The position numbers and the translations under genes are program-made. The notes beneath the pieces were generated by a model. It worked only from the letters and a program-made list of their open reading frames with translations, was not told the DNA's origin and searched no databases. This document shows positions 50,020 through 61,700 of a stretch of DNA of 64,000 bases, one piece after another. Origin of the DNA: Lama guanicoe (Eukaryota); the NCBI GenBank assembly GCA_013239625.1, contig MU054220.1:1603509-1667508 (forward strand), in the 5' to 3' direction. Position 1 is the stretch's first letter; every line of letters starts with the position of its first letter.

Positions 50020-50071
<52 letters not shown>

Positions 50072-50138
50072 TTAATGGAATTACTGGGAGTGGAACCCAG
50101 GACCTCATGCATGCTAAGCACACACTCTACCACTGAGC
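49935..50138 (-). mobile_element. vic-1-like SINE with microsatellite-expanded tail
   Basis: ggggaggtaattaggttt, then the microsatellite, then tactgggagtggaacccaggacctcatgcatgctaagcacacactctaccactgagc. Confidence 0.88.
49969..50070 (+). repeat. Compound trinucleotide microsatellite (TAC)n(TGC)n(TAC)n(TAT)n
   Basis: Read directly; about 34 triplets in one register. Confidence 0.95.
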
Positions 50139-52514
50139 CTGAAAACTTTATAGATTTCAAAAGAAGGTGGTAGGTATTCCTCCCTACAACCTTATCCTGT
50201 CCTCTCAGTATATTATATATGATAATTTTACAGGCAAACCAACTTGCTCACGAAATTGCTAAACTTAGTGCTTTTTGTCTTACAGTGATTTTAGATTTGA
50301 AATAGAATTTTTAAATAAAACAATATTTCTATTCCTTTTTTACTTTAAAACTCCCCTTCCCCCAAGTTCAGGAATTTTTTTCATTGTCTAGACTCTGATG
50401 GAAACTCACAAAAGTTTTTTGTTTTGTTTTAAATTATTTAACTGTCACATTTTTGCAAAAAAGCTCCCACAAAGTGAGATGCCATAGAGATAATTAGCAA
50501 TTTAGGTCAGCACATTTTTACGTATACAAGGTACTAGATTGGGAGTTCCAGGAGACCCACTAAATTATATTAGAAGTACTCAGTTTTTGAAATGAAATTC
50601 AAGTCCATAAAGGTTTTAAGCTAAAGTTTGAGGTTATTCTGGTTTGGTTACTTTCAAGAGGTATTAATTGGTTGCTTCTTGTCTACATCCCTTATATCAT
50701 CTAACTGGCTTGGGGAATCCAGTCTACTCAGCTGTCTTAGGGTATGACTTTTTCCCCAAATTTTTGTACTTGTCCTTAAATAGACTGATCATAGAGGTTC
50801 TTTTATAATTTCGTAGTAGACTCTAATTTCCTCTGTGCTCATATAACCAGACTTCACATTTTTGCCCTTTAAAACACATTTAGATTATTGGGATGGAAGT
50901 AGAAATCCCTTTACTTGTCATTGAACTCCCTGGTTACGTCAGTCAGGATAGCCTGATGTCTGCATGTACCACATGGGCTTTTTTGTTTAACTATATTTTT
51001 CTTTGCACTTTCACTCTTTTGACAAAACTGATACTGTGATTTCTAGCGCTTCTCTGTTCTAATCCAATTTTTAAACTGTTTATTTGATACTGATATATTT
51101 GATTCTGATATCTAAATGCAGGATGTGCTTTTCTTTTGAGGGTTTCCCTCATCACTCTGAGCATTTTTAATGATTTAGGTTCTTAATGTCACAGCAGACT
51201 GATTGCCCCTATCCTCACATAATCAGGCTTAGAAGCTCTTAGAAAAAAAGTAGAGAATGTTCAAGGCAAAGAAAACCGAGACAGAGACAACCATGGAAAA
51301 AAGAGGAAATGATGAATGTAAATTCACAGTGAGAGGACAGGTGGTAAAAGGGACTGAGGGAAAGTTTAAGCTGCCTTTTGCAGAAGACCCTGGGTTATAA
51401 GCCTGGAATGTGCTTCTGATTAAGAAATTAAAAAAAAAAAAACTACTTGTGGACAGTTTTCTGTGAATGACTTTTAGTTCTACTTTTTAATTTCCCCCTA
51501 ACAGTTGCATTTTTGTATCCCATAATTGTTTTTATCATCACTTAACTTTGTAACCCTTTTCTAAAATTGAGTGACTTGTGATTAATTTCTATTCTTTCTT
51601 TTCCCACAAGCATGTTGAATTTAATTATACTGAGATAACTCTTATGACCTGCCTATGGAGAAGCCCTCTCCTTCATGTAGTAACATTTCCATCTTGTATG
51701 TTTTTAAAGTAGTGCAGCCTCATAAATTATAAAATGAATTTTAAAACATTACAACCTTTGGCTTGGTAAAAACTACTGTAAAGAGTGCACATCCTTTCAT
51801 ACACTGGGCAGTGCCTGGCTGTCTCCCACATTTAAATACTCTTATTATAGTTGTGATTCTGATTAAAATGGAGATTTCATTAGAAGTCATATATTTTTAG
51901 TGAATAATAAAAGCATAACAACCTGGAAGTTTCCTGAAATTTTGTTGATTCCTTTTGAAAGGAATCCTTGAACTCAAAAATCTTCATTTGGTTGTTGCAT
52001 GGCCTCACGAAGTTACTCCTTAGTCCAGGTAGTTTTCTGTAGGAAGAGGCATGAGATCAACTTCAGTGTACTTAGAAACGAGGACAGACCTAAACAGTAA
52101 CTTCACCAGTCCCAGCTTGGGTCACTGTCTTCTGTCTGGCAATCAGGGCTGGTAGACTATGTGGACTGTGTGCCAGTTGCAGTCTCCTCTCACTTGCAGC
52201 CTGTTTCTGCTTCCTCCGCTGATAGGATGGAAGGGAACTCCTTTTACTTCTATCTCTGTAGTAGTAGATCAGATGGGCCATAGTCTCTGACAAAATAGAA
52301 AAGCAGTTATCTGCTATTTTAGTTCTAAATTTTGGATGATTGTGTCTGGATATTGGGCAGTTTCTACCTTCCTCAGTCAGATGCAGACAGGTGTCAGCCA
52401 TTGTTTCATAGACTAGAACATTTAGGTATATGCCATGATACACTGCCTTTCTTTCTTCTTTTTTTTTTAAGTCATTCTTTATGTTGCGAAGTTCATTCGT
52501 TTACCTCTTTACAG

Positions 52515-52586
52515 GCTGAACATTACTTCTTTTTTTCAAAGTTCCCTGTGTTGTGAACTGAGCTTGAGTGAAGTGAAATCTTTGAG
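52515..52586 (+). other. CELF1: CELF1 72-nt 5'UTR exon (possible internal acceptor at 52542)
   Basis: ctctttacag|GCTG acceptor and GAG|GTAAGG donor. Size fits my recollection of the human CELF1 UTR exon. A second ttttttcaaag acceptor lies inside. Confidence 0.7.
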
Positions 52587-53834
52587 GTAAGGCAACCCTA
52601 ATGATAAAAATGGAAAGAAGGCCTGTGAAATTTGGAAGCCTTCAGAGATACAGTTTTAGAGTCACTGCCTAAATATTGAAATGCCACCATTTGTTGTTTG
52701 GAGGGATGTAGAGCTAAATTGAGAACGGGAGTACCACATCTGCCTTGACTGCTAAGTATATCCATCTCTACTGCTCACCCATAATAGAATTTTTATGCAT
52801 TCATTAATCTTGGTTTTAGCAATAGTTTAAAGGAGGGTAGAGAATGAAGAGACTTAGTCTACATTCCTCTGTCCTTCCTTACGTATTTGAGTGTTTGTCC
52901 CTGGCAGGCTCTGGTTCTTTTTCATTATTATCACTGTGATGACTTTTGTTTTTCATTTTTTTAGAAAGGTCAAACTACTGACAAGACATTGTTTCTTTGT
53001 ACTCTATCAAGAGGTAGAATATACTATTCCATTTGTATTTTTTACTTTTTTAAATTTGCTGGCAAAATAAGATTCACAGTTAGCAAAGAAGTTTTGCCTT
53101 GTGTGCTACTTAATGTTTGTCACCAAAACAGCAATTTTTAAAGTCCTTCACTCTGTTGAGAAACCATTAGGTACCACATTTTGCTCTTAACACCGTCAAG
53201 AAAGCAAGATAGGTCCAGTGCAGGTAGTCAAATGAGAGCAGTGTTTTTCTGGTGGCCAGTTCTTCAGCCAGCTTGCCTCAGGCCTGCTTCTGATGATTGG
53301 TCTGAGCTATTCCTCCTTAAATGACCATTCTGAGGTTAGCTTGGAACCCAAGCAGTGTGCTCATTGCTGTCTTTGGCACATGGAAAATAAATTCAGACCA
53401 AAGCTAACAACCCAGTTCTTTCTAAATACATTTTCAACCACATGAAGTGAGCTTTTTTTCCCCCCCCTTTTCTTTTGCTTCAGGTAGTTTCAGGCTTTGG
53501 AGGTCCTCAAAAACTGATTTGCAGGGAGGAGTTTGGAAGATGTGAAACAAGTTTGTGTTTCTTCTGCTCTATTAGCCACTGCTATCTTCATGGATCTGAC
53601 ACTCTATTTATCTGACAGTGCACTTAGTACTGCTTCGCCAGGGAAAATCACACAAAACAAGCCTGGCACATCAGCACTTTCATTGTGTGCCGGACTGAGC
53701 CTCCCTTCACATGGTCACATCCCCCTTTTAATCCAGTACTCCCTTTCCCTTCCCCAGTCCTGCCTGTTTCTGTGGCACTTATTGCTGGTTTCCCTGAGCT
53801 CCTGTTTCCACTTTGTGTTTTTTGTGGGGCCCAG

Positions 53835-53915
53835 GAAGCTAAAGCTGTGTATATTTGTGGATCAGACAAGTGCAGCAAGTTAATATCATTGGCTTCTGAA
53901 GGGGAGAGTGAGGTG
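53835..53915 (+). other. CELF1: 5'UTR part of the CELF1 exon carrying the upstream start
   Basis: cccag|GAAGCT acceptor, 81 nt before the ATG. Confidence 0.75.
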
Positions 53916-53986
53916 ATGGCTGCGTTTAAGTTGGATTTCCTTCCAGAAATGATGGTGGATCATTGCTCTTTGAATTCCAGTCCCGT
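53916..53986 (+). CDS. CELF1: CELF1 long-isoform N-terminal coding exon
   Basis: gtgATGG start; MAAFKLDFLPEMMVDHCSLNSSP(V), then GT|gtaagt donor. Joins 62491 in frame to give [11 protein letters not shown]. Confidence 0.93.
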
Positions 53987-55374
53987 GTAAGTATTTTTGT
54001 TGTCTAATTTTTATCCTAAGTAGAGGAACTGGGCTGTTTTCTTTGTTATTTGATGAAACAGGTCCCTTTCCTTATAAAAAGGAATTTAAAAATTGGGTAA
54101 GAAAGCCAAAGTCCACACTACTGTTATTTTCTGTTGTAGTCTGATTCTCTCTCATTACTGCTGATTTCCTTTAGGCTTTAAGTAAGTTTTATACACAAAG
54201 GTGCATTTGATATATGAGCAGCAACATCAGCTCAAGTGTGCTGGCTCCAATCCCTTCAAGCTGTGATTTTCCCGAATGATAGATTCCAAGATATTTTTTT
54301 AAACCATAGCGTTACTACTTTGAGTTAGGAATGAAATTTGAAATAATCTTTTGGAAAGCTGTTCATTTATTTGTATGTTTGTTTATTTCTAGTGATCTAA
54401 TTTTTAGACTCATATTACAGAGGAAACCGGTAGCTAGAAGTGTGTTTAGTAGTATATACGGAATGCTGTATTGACATGTAAACTAATCCTGAACGTTGAT
54501 TTTTCTACCCCCCACCCCCAGTCTAATTGAAAATGCAACACAATACATGATTTTGAGGACATCAGATGTACTCCCCCCCAAAAAAGGGGCAAAACTGGAT
54601 TAATTTTGATTGGCAATTGGCCTAAATAAATTTTGAACACAGAAATGGGAAACCTAATCAGTTTGCAGTACTGTTTAAAAAGTTACACTGCCATTGTATG
54701 CAGCTAAAATACCAACCTGGCTCTGAGCTGTAGCTACAGGGAGCCTGAATTCTGGGCTTTGTAGAGAAAAATACACTTCTAACTCCTGATTCCAGTTACG
54801 TTAACCAGACTTCAAAGTATCTCAGAACCTAAGGAAGAGAGCCTTCAGTTGTTCAAAGTCAAGAATATTAAATGGTAGAATATTCCCTAGATAACAGGTG
54901 GTAGTGTATGTCTTTGAGTTTAGGCCTCCATGTGCAAATCAGTCTTCCTTGGGATTAGGTGTAACAGATGTGGTAATAGCAGATTCTGAACAGTTCTTTG
55001 TGGAATAGTTTGTGGGGGGCCTCAGAGTTAGTTTGCTTGCTCATTTGAAGTAGATTCTAAAGCCTTCTCTGTAGTCTCCAAAATAATGGTAATTTAGATG
55101 TGTCTTTTTATGAGAGTTCTCTTTTCTGCTAAAATAAAATTTTAGCAATCGATTGCAGGTGAAATCACAATGAATGCCATCATAAAGACAATATATAATA
55201 AAAGTATTCCCACGTACCAGGTATATAATCCCTAGAAATAGGATGTCGTGGCTCAAATTATCTTTCATTGTAACACTTTCTCTCTGTGCATTGCCACTGC
55301 CTAGTGTTCAGTCCTTGGATACAGCATTTTACCTCAGCTTGTTTGCTCATCTTTTATGAGGTTGGACTAAGTCA

Positions 55375-55545
55375 GTATCCCATGAAATCTGGATCATGGA
55401 CCACTGCATGAAAGTCACCTCCAACATAAAAATGCAGATTCCTGGATCCATGACCAGATATTCTTAAGCTAGAATGGGCCCAAGAATCTGTATTTTAATG
55501 ACGTCCCATGTGGTTTTTGTGCAGACTAAAGTTTGAGAACTAATG
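55375..55545. mobile_element. MER5-like DNA transposon relic
   Basis: aaaatgcagattcctggatcc...gggcccaagaatctgtattttaat...aaagtttgagaac. Confidence 0.7.
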
Positions 55546-56199
55546 GACTGAATAGTATAGACATTCTGAGTAGAAGTAATCAGGGAGTACACTGTTAGAA
55601 CATTTTTTTTCCAAGTACATTTGCATTTGTTTTAGTCATCCATTTTTACAAAAGCTTTGTGGGGTTAATTAGGCATAGGCTATTGTCCCTATTTTACAGA
55701 TAAGAAACCCAGTTGAGAGAGGCTATAACTGACTTGCCTGAGGACAGTTGGTATCAACCTTGGGCCTAAGTTTAATGATACTTTTCTTTATTTTTGCCCC
55801 CTAGACTTGGCTGTCTCAAGTGTCATTGAGCAGTTACAGTCAACTCTACTCATGAGTGCAAGTCCTCAGGCTCACCCCCATGGGCACTGCACACTGAAAC
55901 CACAGAGTTGGGAAGAAGAAAGTTCTAGAGAATGGTGTCTGCTTGCCACCTCTTTCTTGGATTCTCAGCCTTTCTTTTCATTCGTACTAGTTTAGCGGTA
56001 GACTTGACATCAAGAGAGTAGTTTTCTCTCTGAAGTGATATTTCCTGAGAATATGATCTAGCAATATATTTATTCCAAAATTTCTTTAAAACAGAGAAAA
56101 ATTGCTAGAGGAGCTGTGGAATGACTGGGGGGACCTTATCCCTAGTTCCTATTCATACTGTGGTAGTAATAGATCTTACAAATACTTATTATTTGTAAT

Positions 56200-57240
56200 A
56201 AATAATACTCTTCAGCTTCCACTGGTTCCTTCTACTTTACTTGCACCCTAGGACATGGGTGTTCTCTAGGGTTTGTATCTCAGACCTTTTCCTCTTAGCT
56301 TTCCCATTGCCTAAGGGGGCAGTGATTCTCAGATTTTTATATCTCTGATTCTCAGATTTTTATATCTATACCCTACATGTCCTTTGAGTTCCATGACTTT
56401 GTTCTAAAAACTGCCCATTGGATACCTCCATCTGGAGGTCTCTTCATGTAAAAACAATTCCCCAGATTGTACTAGAACCGAGAGTGATCTTTCTTTTCTT
56501 CATCTTCTTTATCCAGTCATCTCCTAGTTGTAGTGGATCCTGCTGTCAAAATTTCTCGGCATTGCTTGAGACTTGTTCCTAATCTTAGGAGCTCGTTTGT
56601 GCAAGAGCCTTCTGATCTCCATGTTTCCCCACTTTATTTCCTCCTCTAGATTATTGCCAAAATGTCTTTTAAAAGACAAACCTAATCACCCCTTGTTTAA
56701 AAATCTTGGAATAAGTTTAGGCCTATCAGTATAACATGGAAATCTGTTTACTGGGTCTCTCCAGTCTCTTTATTCTCACTGATTTTCTAGTATTTTCTCT
56801 TTCTTTCTAATCTTTAAAATGTTTTCATACTTTCCCCTAACTTTCTCACATCCTTTTCCTATCTTTCTAATGTTATCTCACTCTTCTCTCCTGTCCCTTC
56901 TGAGTCTTTACTATTTCCCCATCACCCCTTAGGCTTTCATACCTCTGTGCTCTATAGCTTTTCTGCCAGCTGCTTAAATCATTTCATTAAATCATTTCAT
57001 TCAGCTTAAATCCCTGCACATACATTGCCTCTCCTAAATAAGTTAAACCATATTGGTCACTTTTTTCACAGAACTTTTATATATCTGTTAAAGCACTGAT
57101 AGGGTATTATAGTTGTGTCCTTCCACTTGTCCAGTGCCATTGCCTCCAGGACAGGTACTGTGCAGTCCACTCTTACAGCACCTTGTAGTGTGTAGTATCT
57201 GGCACATAGTAGACGCTTGGGAAGTACAGGTGAATGAATG
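56200..57240. mobile_element. Decayed L2
   Basis: cagatttttatatct...actgcccattggatacctccatctgga...gtatctggcacatagtagacgct...tgaatgaatg. Confidence 0.55.
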
Positions 57241-58084
57241 ACAAGCACTGTGAGTTTTTTTTTTTTAAATAATTAGAGTAAGGTCTGCGGTAAGGTCTCC
57301 AGACATCTCTCTTCCTCAGGGGAGAAGGCTTCACAAGTAGATTGTCACAGTTCTGTTGTTGAATGGAGACTTAAAAACCTTTATTGATAGCTTTTTCTAG
57401 TACCTAACACGTCAACTAACAGGAAGATCTTGCTTTATCCAAGTGAAAATTCCTTTCTTCCAGCTTAGATGTGTTAGGCTTGTTCTCACTGGCCAGTGGC
57501 TGGTAGGTAATTCAGACCAGTGTTTCTGAGCCCAGTTCATTCTGATGTTCTTCTGTGCCAGTTTTTTCACAGCACATTATGAGCCAGAGGACCTGGTAGG
57601 GTTGGGTGGTGGCTGGAGATTGGGATGCAACAAGTATTTATGCCTGCTGGGGAGGTGGAGGGATTGGTAAGTATTTAAAATTTTTCTCTGTGTATAACAA
57701 ACAGATGGAGGTCAACAGGTAATGAGAAGAGAGTGAAAAAAAAAAGGTAGTGAGAGGTTTTGGAAATGATTTTTAAACAGATGTGAAGGTAATATTTGTA
57801 GGCCTGTCGGGCTGCAAGGAACAAATACCCACTCAAGAATACATGAAAGGGTTTTCTTGTAAGGAGACAAGTGGGCTGGGCTATAATATAAGCAGGAATT
57901 CCACAGCTAGCAGACCCAGAAACGCCATCTTTCTGACCCCGGGACATGCATTCTGCTCTCTCTCTGCTTGTGCTGCTTGCTGCTTCTGCTCTTCATTTAC
58001 CGTGTAACTTTGGTTGCAACGTGGCTTGGTTTTGCCACTGCCCTCCCAGGCTGTCTTGATTTCTCTCGCTCACTCGCTCTATCA

Positions 58085-58410
58085 AATTGATATAATTCAC
58101 ATAACACAAAAATTTGCCCTTTTAAAGTGCACAGTTCAGTGATTTTTTTTTTTACTATATCCACGAAGTTCTGTGACTATCTAATTCCAGAACATTCCTC
58201 ACTCCTAGAAGAAACCACGTATTCATTAATTAGGAGTCATTTCCTCCCTTTCCCCTGACCCTGCAGTCCCCACTCTAGGCAGCCATTTTCTGTCTCTGTA
58301 GGTTTGTATATTCATTTCATATGAATACAATCACACAATATGTAGCCTTTTGTGATGAGCTTCTTTCACTTAGCTTACAGTACTTTCAAGCTTCATCTGT
58401 ATTGTAGCAT
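58085..58410 (-). mobile_element. L1M 3'UTR fragment
   Basis: gatataattcacataac...ttttaaagtgcacagttcagtg...ctaattccagaacatt...cttctttcacttagc. Confidence 0.78.
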
Positions 58411-58542
58411 GACTCCTATTATCTCTTGCCACTGCCCTTTCATCTTGTCACCTTAACTCATGCTGTCCCTAGTTGCAGCTTTTCCACTTCTGACTTCACC
58501 ACTGACTGCCCGTTTCTATTAACCAGTTCCATATTCTGTAGA

Positions 58543-58712
58543 ACAGTCCTTTGCAATAGAACTTTCTGTGATGTTAAAAGTGTTCTTCCATCTCTGCTGT
58601 CCTGTACAGTAGACGTTAGTCACATGTGGCTAGTGCAACTGAGAAACTGGATTTTAAAAATTAAGTGTAAATAGTCACATGTGACTAGTGACTGTTGTCT
58701 TGTTCAGTGCAG
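58543..58712. mobile_element. MER3/MER33-like hAT element
   Basis: caatagaactttctgtgatg...tagtcacatgtggctagtg...atagtcacatgtgactagtg. Confidence 0.72.
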
Positions 58713-61700
58713 CTGCAGAGAATTCTTGATTGGCCAGGCCTATATTTCTGTTTTAAGTATAAGTCACAGTCTTAGGTTCTTGGCTAGCCAGTGAATCAAG
58801 TTGCTGGGTTAAGTTCCACTCCTGATTCTAGTCATCTGGGGCCTGGGGATGGGAAAGAAGTGGGATAGAACATTAACTCTGCCCTCTGAGCTTGGCCTGG
58901 AGCTGGGAATGTTGACAGAAAGAAAGGAGAAAGAGGAGAGAGGATTTGAGAGTTTTGTAAAGTTGAGTGCTTTGAAAATAAAACTCTTTTGTTTTCGCTC
59001 CCCTATCTCTTCCACATTGGTTGTTTCATTTTCCTATGGCATGTCCCATTGAGAATCAGGTAGTCAGGGCAGCCTCTGGTCCTCATCTCTTAGTAGTTTC
59101 TCATTCTTAATGATTTTCCAGTTGCTGCCAGGGTCAGAAACATAAAAAGAAGTGAGTTGGTGCCATGCCTGTCCCCTGAAATACTTGCTGCCTTCTTGTC
59201 CTATCTCTTTCCTCACTGCTGCAGGCCCTGCTTTTCCTCTCTTCCATCCTACTCCCAGGTCAGTACTTCTGGAAGTACTGGCAGTACTTCCACAGACTTT
59301 CCTCTTCAGAATGACAGGGATAGTACAGCTACTTCTCCAGGGGGCTGCTGAATTCATTGGTTCTTGAGTGTGCATAATAAATAAATATAATTTATGATCA
59401 CTGACTATGGGGAGCTCTCCATCAGTGGGGAGGTAAGGAACAAATTTGAGAATGTACTTAGTGATCTGTAGAGTAAATGCCATACCTGGATATTGTGAAA
59501 TCCTTGGCATATCATACTGGGAGTCTTGTCCCCAGGTGACTTGTTAACATAGTGGTTACTTTTAAGGGCAGCATGCATACTGGAAGTAGCAGAAGGTTGA
59601 GGATGGAAGAGCATTGTTGCTCATCTCTTCAGACACAGTAACAGTTAATGAGAAAGTTTGTGACCACTTACTACATCTACCTAGGTACACATGTGGTTGC
59701 TTCTCTTTTTTTTATCTCTAGTTGATATTGGCACTTTTATTTCTAACTCGGTCTTCATGTGCTCCAAAGAAATACCCCATGTTTTCCTTATTCATTGTAT
59801 ACCACATTTCACATAGTACCCATTGTGCCTGGCCTGTAAGTAAGAAGCCAGTATTAATTGGAGGAAGAAGTAAGTCAGTGCATAACTCCAGACTCCAGTT
59901 ACATGATGTCCACTGTATCTTGAGCCTGCCCTGATATTTGCTATAAATTGCTCTAAAAATGCTTCTCAAACTAGTGAAGGACCAAGTCCCACCACCCAAC
60001 TTGTAAAATACAATAAAATAATTTCATAGAAAAGCAAAATAATGAGGTATAAGTTTGCATTTTGCATATCCTTTTAGTATTAGATTGAACATACATAAAA
60101 TTATGCAGTCTGACTGCTGTTGAAGTTTCTGATGGGTTAAATTTGAAGATTGCCCCTGGTCCTTGGGCATTTTGATTAGCACTGCTAATCAAAGGGGGAG
60201 ATTCTTCTGGCTTGTGAATTGGTATACACTGGGGGAAGTGTGGTTCATGGAGTAAGTGGATGTGAAGAAATGGAGAGAGGTTTGGAGAGTAAAAAGGGAA
60301 AGTAAAGATGCTTGTCTAGAATGCTGAGTCTCCACTGAACTTTTTGGATAAATCACAATTCACATAAGTTGACTGTTTATGCTTTTGCACTATACAGTGA
60401 TATAGAAAGTTTAGAAACAGCACACAGATAGAGAAGGAAGGGACAAACTGAGAGCAGTTGCCTCCAATGTAATACAAACTAATAAACTCCTACCTCTTTT
60501 CAAAAATAGCTGTCAGTTTCCTTATCATCAGAACATATTCTGATACACCATTTATTTGGGTTCTATGTTAACTCTTCCTGGAATAGAAATATGATTGAAG
60601 ATTAGCAACATTTTAATAAAATGATATTAAAACTGGTAAAGTTATTAGGGACAGGTTGTAGGAAGTGACACAGATTTTTTTTCCCACTAGGCATAGGATT
60701 TTTTAAAAATTCATGGTAGCATGATTTCTGTTAGAACATTGGAATTAGGCTTCTAGAAGCAGCTACATTAAATTTTTACAACAACTTGCCACACTTGGTT
60801 ATAAATTAATAAAGGAAAACCAATAAAACAATGTATTAAAAAACACTTAAAAAGGGAGAAGAAAATGTAGCTTGATCCTGTGACAGTCAAATAATCATAG
60901 GAGATAATAGATGCTCTTTAATTTGTGAGCCGCCTTTGTGCACAGCATTCGTTTATCAAGGTTAGTTGCTTAAATAGGGGGAATTGTTGAGAAGAAGTTC
61001 CCATCCCACATCTGACTAATTACTTTGAACCAGGCACCATATCAGGTGTGGCTGTAAGAATTAATAGGAAATAAAACAGTTTCTGCCTTTAAAGAGCTTC
61101 CAGTCTAGTTGGGAGAGGTAGATAGAGACAGATTATACTAGCAGGTGATAAATACTATAATACAGGTGGAAATTTAGTACTGCTTGAGTCCTGATGAAAC
61201 TGACTAATTACCCTGAAGAGTATAGGAAACCTTCTAGACACAGCAACAAGGGTTGGTCTGTTTGCTTTTTAGTTAGTGCTAGATTCCACAAAGGTGACAT
61301 GAGAATACCCCCTGTATTCAGCTACAGGAGATTTAGGAATTAAGAGACAGAGGTTGAACTACTAGATTCAGCATTCTCAGGGATCTTCAGATACTATTCA
61401 GAAGACAGCAGTGGTGAAAAAAACTATTGTTTTTCCTTTAAAGAAAAGTGGCATTTTATTTAGGATTAACTATTAGAATATGACACATTTGAACATGATG
61501 ATGTGATTTCTGGATTAAGCAAACACTAACAAAAGTTAAGCATACTAACTACTTGAAGTTTAAGCTGTTACTGGTTTAGATAAATGTTAAGAATAAGATC
61601 TTGGAATGGTGGTAGGAGAAGGACTTTGATTTATTCTGAGTGGAAACATTTATAGTGCAGGAGTCCCCCTAGGTTCTTGGCAGTGGCAGGGGTAGGAATG

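Noticed and set aside
49933..50173. Poly-Ile/Val/Thr ORFs on both strands
   Set aside because: Translation of the microsatellite and SINE.
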